From the IMG/VR virus record IMGVR_UViG_3300037608_000248, positions 1 through 51,712 of that record: 51,712 nucleotides of DNA. One strand, given 5' to 3'. The position numbers and the translations under genes are program-made. Within the stretch, counting starts at the first letter, position 1. Each line of letters opens with the position of its first letter. This DNA is from a virus (Duplodnaviria; Caudoviricetes). This document shows positions 46,243 to 51,712 of this stretch, piece by piece. The notes beneath the pieces are model-generated. The model had not been told where the DNA came from. It was given only the letters and a program-made list of their open reading frames with translations, and did not search any database.

Positions 46243-46863
46243 ATGTGGGGTCCATACGATAGAACAGCTTATGACCGGGGTGGTTCTGCCGGTGCAATCT
46301 ACAATCAATTGCTTTCAGCTGCCTATGAGCTTACAGGATCATTGGCCACGACGTTAGTTTATCTGCTGACCCTTTCTGCTACTTACGTGCTAAAAGGCTA
46401 TCGTTTGAGACTCAGGCCGGGCAAATTACTACGGGCAACATATATAATGCGCGGCGGTATGGTGCGCTCCATTGGCAAAAAACTTACCGCAGCAGTTGTT
46501 TACACGGGTGATATTTCAATGCAGCGGTTGTTTCATCGCACCTTATCGGCAACCTATATGCTCACTGGCAAGATTACAAAGCGCATGTATGTCAACTTAT
46601 TGGCAACCACTGTCTGGGTAGCATCACGATTCAGGCTACAGAGAGTATATGGTTGGGATTACTCCGGGATTTTTGCGCCAGGCGACAGAATTAAGGTGGA
46701 CCGTGATAGACTGACCGTAACCCTTAATGGCAGCAACGTAATGCACCTGGTAGACGGAGATCTGCCATTCTTTGCCCCGGGTCCGAATGCGCTGACCTAC
46801 GAAGATAGCGAGGGAACACGCCAGGTGCGAATCAGGGTATCGTGGCGCGGAAGGTGGCTGTAG
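46243..46863 (+). CDS. Tail protein with ~20-aa repeats and Dit-like C-terminal domain
   Basis: L(S/R/T)AxY..xG repeats; PGD.I.VD....TVTLNG.N....GD...F.PG.N.L.Y...WR.RWL. Confidence 0.7.
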   Translation: MWGPYDRTAYDRGGSAGAIYNQLLSAAYELTGSLATTLVYLLTLSATYVLKGYRLRLRPGKLLRATYIMRGGMVRSIGKKLTAAVVYTGDISMQRLFHRTLSATYMLTGKITKRMYVNLLATTVWVASRFRLQRVYGWDYSGIFAPGDRIKVDRDRLTVTLNGSNVMHLVDGDLPFFAPGPNALTYEDSEGTRQVRIRVSWRGRWL

Positions 46864-46866
46864 CAG

Positions 46867-48834
46867 ATGAATCTTAAATACCCAGTATTATATGATATCG
46901 ATATGAAAAAGCTGGCCATTTTAGAGCGGGCTATGAAGATAAGTTATACACAGAAGTATAATGGCCTTTGGGTGGCCGGTTTTGAACTACCTGCAGACGA
47001 TCCTAAAAACGCACTATGCCAGGCTATGCGTTATGTTGAGATATTCGATAGTACGCGAATTGATCTATTCCGGATCACCAACAAGGAGACACGGCGAACT
47101 TCAAGCGCCATTACTATTGCCTACCAGCTGGAGCATGTAATTATCACCTTGATAGACAGCATCTTATACCGGTATCACCAAATAGGTGGCCTCGGTATCT
47201 ACACCCATGATGTATTGCAGTATATATTAGGGTGGCAGGATACCGCTCACTGGCAGCTTGGTAATGTGTCTTTCGATAGGCAATTTGAATACTCCTGGGA
47301 AAACGAGAATCTACTGGCTGCTGTAATGAGCGTACCTAAACCTATAGACGAAGAATTAAGGTGGACTTGGAATACAGTTAATTATCCGTGGACGCTTAAC
47401 CTGGTCCCGGCCAGCAACACGCGAGGGCCGGAAGTTAGAGCAGGCCGGAATATGCGTGAAATGGTCTTTACGGAAGATCCATCTCATTTGACTACAAGAC
47501 TATATGCACTTGGCCAAGGGGAAGGGGTAAACCAGTTAGGTATTGAAGACGTTAACCCCACAGGGGAAGCTTATGTCGATGCAGATACTATACCGACCTA
47601 TGGAGTTATAGCAAGACCGTGGGTAGATCGTCGCTACGAGCACGCAGAAAATTTATTTGAAGCAGCTAAAAAAATGCTTAAACAACTCAAGCAACCCCGT
47701 ATAGAAGTATCAGTATCCGCGGCAGACTTGAAAAACATATCAGGAGTTGAAGCAGATAGATTTATAATTGGCAGGCCGGTAACTATAGTGGATGCCGATT
47801 TAGGTATTGATTACGACAGCAGGGTAGTTGAGTTGTCTAAAAGTGATGTATTTGGTGAACCTGATCGTATTGATATCACTATTGCCAATCAACCACAGGA
47901 CATTGCCGGGACGATAGCAGACCTGGCGAACCGCAGCCGGATTAACGAGGTATACAGCCAGGGTGCAACTAATATTGACAGTCACCAGCTGGCAGACAAT
48001 TGTGATTCCAGTAACCCGATGCGGATTAAGTTTCATATACCGACAGAGGCAGTATTTATCAATAAGATACTACTTAATTATGATATATCGGCTTTTCGGG
48101 CATACTCTAAGGGAGCAGCTTCCGGGGGTGGCAGCAGTCAAACCAGTTCCAGCGGTGGAGGATCTACCGTAACGAGCTCCAGCGGTGGGGGCAGCACGCA
48201 AACCAGCAGCTCAGGCGGTGGGCAGACATCGAGTTCGAGTGGTGGCCACAGCCATACTGTGAGCGGCCAGACTGCGCAATCAAGCGGTGCGCATGTTCAC
48301 CTGGTTTATGGTAGAGGTGCCGCGGTCAACAGCGGCAGTCAAATTGGCTCAGGCACGGCTCATTATCATAGAGTGACATTAGGTGATTCCAGTACCCATA
48401 TCGGCAATGCGACTTCTGGTGGTAATCACACGCATAATATCACCGGTACAACATCAAGTACTATAAGCGACCATAGCCACACAGTGAGCAACCACAATCA
48501 TTCTGTGACCATACCGAGTCATACGCATAGCGTAAATGTTCCGAGCCACAGTCACAGTGTTACGATACCAAACCATACACATGATATTATTTACGGTATC
48601 TATTCAGGACCAACTCCTACGGCAGTGACTGTAGCAGTAGACGGAAATATTGTGCCGGATCTTGATTTAAACGAGACTGAGGTTAGTATATTAGCTTATC
48701 TCAACCGTGATGCAGGGGGTAAAATTACAAGAGGATTCCATGAGGTAACAATTACTCCAAATGATTTGGGCCGGGCTAATGTTGTGATCCATATTCAACA
48801 GTTCATTCAAAGCAAAGGTGAGGTAAGAATATAA
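46867..48834 (+). CDS. Tal / tail spike (prophage endopeptidase-like hub) with HxH repeats
   Basis: TRLYALG.GEG.NQL, GRNM, YSQGATN; C-terminal SSGGGS and HSHSV..P repeats. Confidence 0.88.
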   Translation: MNLKYPVLYDIDMKKLAILERAMKISYTQKYNGLWVAGFELPADDPKNALCQAMRYVEIFDSTRIDLFRITNKETRRTSSAITIAYQLEHVIITLIDSILYRYHQIGGLGIYTHDVLQYILGWQDTAHWQLGNVSFDRQFEYSWENENLLAAVMSVPKPIDEELRWTWNTVNYPWTLNLVPASNTRGPEVRAGRNMREMVFTEDPSHLTTRLYALGQGEGVNQLGIEDVNPTGEAYVDADTIPTYGVIARPWVDRRYEHAENLFEAAKKMLKQLKQPRIEVSVSAADLKNISGVEADRFIIGRPVTIVDADLGIDYDSRVVELSKSDVFGEPDRIDITIANQPQDIAGTIADLANRSRINEVYSQGATNIDSHQLADNCDSSNPMRIKFHIPTEAVFINKILLNYDISAFRAYSKGAASGGGSSQTSSSGGGSTVTSSSGGGSTQTSSSGGGQTSSSSGGHSHTVSGQTAQSSGAHVHLVYGRGAAVNSGSQIGSGTAHYHRVTLGDSSTHIGNATSGGNHTHNITGTTSSTISDHSHTVSNHNHSVTIPSHTHSVNVPSHSHSVTIPNHTHDIIYGIYSGPTPTAVTVAVDGNIVPDLDLNETEVSILAYLNRDAGGKITRGFHEVTITPNDLGRANVVIHIQQFIQSKGEVRI

Positions 48835-49391
48835 TGATCTATTTTGCTAAGCTATGGACAACCAACCTGCGTTACAGGTGGAGCAACTGGCGCCACAGGA
48901 CATCCCCTAGGACAACAAGTATCAGAGCAGACCTTAAACCAGCTAATCCGGAGAACCTTAAAGCTGCAGCAGAAGAGCTCTATCGCAACTTTGAGTATAC
49001 CCCAGACGGTCTGTTAAGGCTGTTTGATAGTATCGATACCCCGGCAGGCAGCTGGGAAAGAGCTTTCAACCCGGGTCCTCTTAGAGATGATTGTGACGGG
49101 TTCCACGGGGCGCTTTACTGGTCAGCACATAAGCAGATGTTCTGTTATCTGCTTACACTAGTAACGGCCAATATTGTCGATTCGCACACCTTGTTGTGCA
49201 TTGAGCACGAGGGTAGGCACTATTTTGTGGACTACACGCACTGCAGCAGCGGGTTTATAAGTTTTGATACCATGGTAACCGCTATTATTCAGCATCGCCG
49301 AATGAATAAGGTAATCTTGTTGGAAAGCTCTGTTTGGAGCAGCAGCGGTTGGAAATCGCTATTTAATCAGGAGGGTAATTATGGAGGGTAA
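48834..49391 (+). CDS. Putative transglutaminase/papain-like Cys protein
   Basis: F.Y.PD, DDCDGF, HT.C, VDY: candidate Cys-His-Asp triad. Confidence 0.55.
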   Translation: MIYFAKLWTTNLRYRWSNWRHRTSPRTTSIRADLKPANPENLKAAAEELYRNFEYTPDGLLRLFDSIDTPAGSWERAFNPGPLRDDCDGFHGALYWSAHKQMFCYLLTLVTANIVDSHTLLCIEHEGRHYFVDYTHCSSGFISFDTMVTAIIQHRRMNKVILLESSVWSSSGWKSLFNQEGNYGG

Positions 49392-49629
49392 GGTTATCGG
49401 CAAGGTAACAGATGAAGAAAAAGAACAACTGAAAGATTTTAAACGCCGGGACGATGCTATTTATAAATTAATTGAGAAGTTGGTGGCACAGCAGCATAAG
49501 CTTGAAGCAGATCAAGACCAGTGGTTCGAAGCTATCAGAGAAAAGTATGGTATTAAGCCTGAGACCGCTATCACTATTAAGCACGATACCGGCAAAATTT
49601 ACGAAATACCGCAGAATAGTAAACAATAG
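49381..49629 (+). CDS. Hypothetical protein
   Basis: GGAGG RBS; 82 aa. Confidence 0.65.
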   Translation: MEGKVIGKVTDEEKEQLKDFKRRDDAIYKLIEKLVAQQHKLEADQDQWFEAIREKYGIKPETAITIKHDTGKIYEIPQNSKQ

Positions 49630-49647
49630 TGGAAAGGAGCTGATTGT

Positions 49648-50076
49648 GTGGCAGCAGATGAACCAGTAAAAATCGAGGCAGAGATACCCGATAGAGTATG
49701 GGAATTATATTTTTCACCGCAGGGGGTAATTCCACGATTGGAAAAGACTATGAACAAACTATGCCAAAAACTCGACGCTGTTGCCACAGGGTTAGACCAG
49801 ACCCGGCGCGACATGGTCAAATACAATGAACTAAGACCCGAAATCCAAAAATGGGCTGAAGCACAAACTAAGCATCAGAAATATTGTGAAAGCGTGCAGA
49901 CAAAGAAGGCAGCGGTTGAATCAACTAACGCTAATTGGGAAGAAAGAATTGAAGCCGAGCGCATAAAGGCCCGGGACGAAGCCTGGAATAGATCCAGGGT
50001 TATCATCGGCATAGTTGGTTTGGTGTTAGCCGGGCTGGGCTTTATTCTTGGTCAAGTGTGGCCAATGTTTTTTTAG
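49648..50076 (+). CDS. Coiled-coil protein with C-terminal TM helix (holin-accessory / XhlA-like)
   Basis: C-terminal hydrophobic helix; position before endolysin. Confidence 0.6.
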   Translation: MAADEPVKIEAEIPDRVWELYFSPQGVIPRLEKTMNKLCQKLDAVATGLDQTRRDMVKYNELRPEIQKWAEAQTKHQKYCESVQTKKAAVESTNANWEERIEAERIKARDEAWNRSRVIIGIVGLVLAGLGFILGQVWPMFF

Positions 50077-50105
50077 AGGGTGGTTAGCATAAACTGGTTA
50101 CTACT

Positions 50106-50129
50106 GCCGGCAGGAATGCTGGTTTTTTT
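50106..50129 (+). terminator. Intrinsic terminator
   Basis: GCCGGCA-GGAA-TGCTGGT + T run. Confidence 0.65.
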
Positions 50130-50204
50130 GTGCGTAAAAACGGTGTTTGATCACATAGAGAAAGGATTTCGAGGTTGGGTTGACCATGACAAGGAGGGAT
50201 AAGC

Positions 50205-51047
50205 GTGATTAACCTCATTGAAGAACTAAAGAAACAGGGCAAGCGAATAACCAGCCCGTTTGGGTGGCGAAGCGGCGGTGTTAGCGGCAATACTACCTAC
50301 AAAGAAGGCATGCACCGCGGCACCGATATGGGCGGCTATAAGTGCGGCGAAGCTTTTGCCTTTCCGTTCCCGGTCATTATAACGGCAGTGAGAACTTCCG
50401 GCATGGGCTCTTGGGGTAATACTTTGTGCGTATCGCCAGAGGCAGACCCAAACCACACCATACTGGTTGCTCACCTGCAAAGTATACGCGCCAAAGTAGG
50501 CCAGTGCTATGATGCCTGGCAAGAGGTTGCAAAGGTAGGTGGCACCACTCATACGGGGGTCAGGTATGACTGCCACCCCCACATTGAGGTGCAGACCCAT
50601 GACAACAACTGGACATCAGCAACACCCTGGCGGGGAACTCCGATTAATCCGAAGTATTACTGGTTAGATCTTGAGCCAGCCAAACCATCAACCAGGTTTG
50701 CTGTAGGCAATATAATCCGTAGCATTGTCAAGGGTAACGTTAATATCAGGCAGCAACCAGGCACTGGCCACGCAGTAGCCGGCCAGATATCAGCGGGCGA
50801 AGAGGTGCAGATCAGGGATCACAAAGATAATGGTATTAAGGCCAGCGGTTACGCCTGGTGGAAGATCGACCAGGGCTGGGTAGCAGAAGATTTTTTCGAG
50901 CTGCTATTGTTCCCGGATCCGGATCCTGTCATGCCGCCTGAGCTTGAGAAGTCGGAAGCACCCGGCAGCGAATTGCCATCCGGGTTAATTGAGCTGTTAA
51001 GAATGCTTTATGAAATGCTTAAAACTATTTTTGGAAAGGAGGGATAA
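50205..51047 (+). CDS. Endolysin: M23 peptidase + SH3b-like domain
   Basis: ITSPFGWR, HRGTD (HxxxD), AHL, HPH.E (HxH); VNIRQQPG..GWV. Confidence 0.88.
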   Translation: MINLIEELKKQGKRITSPFGWRSGGVSGNTTYKEGMHRGTDMGGYKCGEAFAFPFPVIITAVRTSGMGSWGNTLCVSPEADPNHTILVAHLQSIRAKVGQCYDAWQEVAKVGGTTHTGVRYDCHPHIEVQTHDNNWTSATPWRGTPINPKYYWLDLEPAKPSTRFAVGNIIRSIVKGNVNIRQQPGTGHAVAGQISAGEEVQIRDHKDNGIKASGYAWWKIDQGWVAEDFFELLLFPDPDPVMPPELEKSEAPGSELPSGLIELLRMLYEMLKTIFGKEG

Positions 51048-51048
51048 T

Positions 51049-51315
51049 ATGAGAGGTTTCATAGCTTTACTTATTGTGCTGGCCCTGTTGCTTATTGCCG
51101 TTCCAGCATCGGCCAACAGCAGCTACACCTACACGGTTAAACACCATGTAGAGGTGCAGCTCGATGGGGAGTTTGACTTCAACTCAACTATCGTGACGCC
51201 TGCCCAGGGCAACGTTGATGTGTCGCTGGCTGGCGAAGGTGTAGCATCACTGCTAAGCATTTTAGAAATCATTGAACAGGATCAAGTTTCAAGCAACTGG
51301 TTTGACCTATTTTAG
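51049..51315 (+). CDS. Secreted hypothetical protein
   Basis: Signal peptide ending ASA; GGAGG RBS. Confidence 0.6.
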   Translation: MRGFIALLIVLALLLIAVPASANSSYTYTVKHHVEVQLDGEFDFNSTIVTPAQGNVDVSLAGEGVASLLSILEIIEQDQVSSNWFDLF

Positions 51316-51385
51316 CTTATTTTAACACCAAAGGAGTCGCGAGAGTGAGTGTTATTATGCGCAGGTATTACTTAACCTGAAGGAG

Positions 51386-51712
51386 ATGAATGCTATGACA
51401 GAATTATTAAGCTTCCTTGCTAGCTGGTGGGGGCTTGTTGCTTTGGTTGTAATTTTTACGCTTAAACTGGTTTTCGATTACGACAACACGGTGAAGATGA
51501 TCCGAGGCCTGATTTTCCTGGCCGAAGAAAAAGCAAAAAATGAGGTATTGAAAACCGGTGAAGAGAAATTCCAGTGGGTTGTAGCAAACGGCTATCAATA
51601 TCTGCCGGCTACTTTAAAACTATTTTTGAGTGAAGAGTTATTTGCAAAACTGGTTCAGCATATTTTTAACCGCATCAAAGAATGGGCAGAAGCAGAACAA
51701 CTAATTGCGTAG
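51386..51712 (+). CDS. Putative holin
   Basis: N-terminal TM helix, AEE....G.EK...V pattern; follows endolysin. Confidence 0.7.
   Translation: MNAMTELLSFLASWWGLVALVVIFTLKLVFDYDNTVKMIRGLIFLAEEKAKNEVLKTGEEKFQWVVANGYQYLPATLKLFLSEELFAKLVQHIFNRIKEWAEAEQLIA

Larger units (their letters stand above)
1..51712. mobile_element. Temperate siphovirus-like prophage (integrase not in window)
   Basis: Canonical order: repressor/cro, antirepressor, excisionase-like, recombination, replication, terminase, portal, capsid, tail tube, tape measure, Dit/Tal, endolysin, holin; no sheath gene. Confidence 0.96.

Overview
The window is nearly a complete temperate siphovirus-type prophage or phage genome from a Firmicutes (Clostridia-like) host, inferred from gene families and strong GGAGG-type RBSs. 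No integrase or att site is visible; it is probably left of base 1. Layout: (1) 1-8478, a leftward lysogeny/accessory arm with an ImmR-like repressor, ImmA protease, NYN RNase, nucleotidyltransferase pair, DUF2321 and an MmeI-like restriction-modification enzyme. (2) ~8500-8620, a genetic switch with GTAAC-N5-GTTAC operators. (3) 8634-24668, early, recombination and replication genes. (4) 25094-51712, packaging, head, tail and lysis genes. Top finding: a 124-aa membrane protein in the lysogeny arm (4514-4888) shares a protein-level segment with the phage's own tape measure protein (SYDYRTFEQIASDSFNETS vs SYDYRTFEQVASDVFNNVS, 15/19 identical, plus a second block), which suggests a TMP-mimic superinfection-exclusion or tail-poisoning system. 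Other strong leads: a CDP-alditol/teichoic-acid-like synthesis cassette inside the head module; a convergent three-hairpin repeat RNA at the 3' end of the NYN RNase; and two structured RNAs sharing a tRNA acceptor-like stem. Family names come from motif recognition, not database searches.
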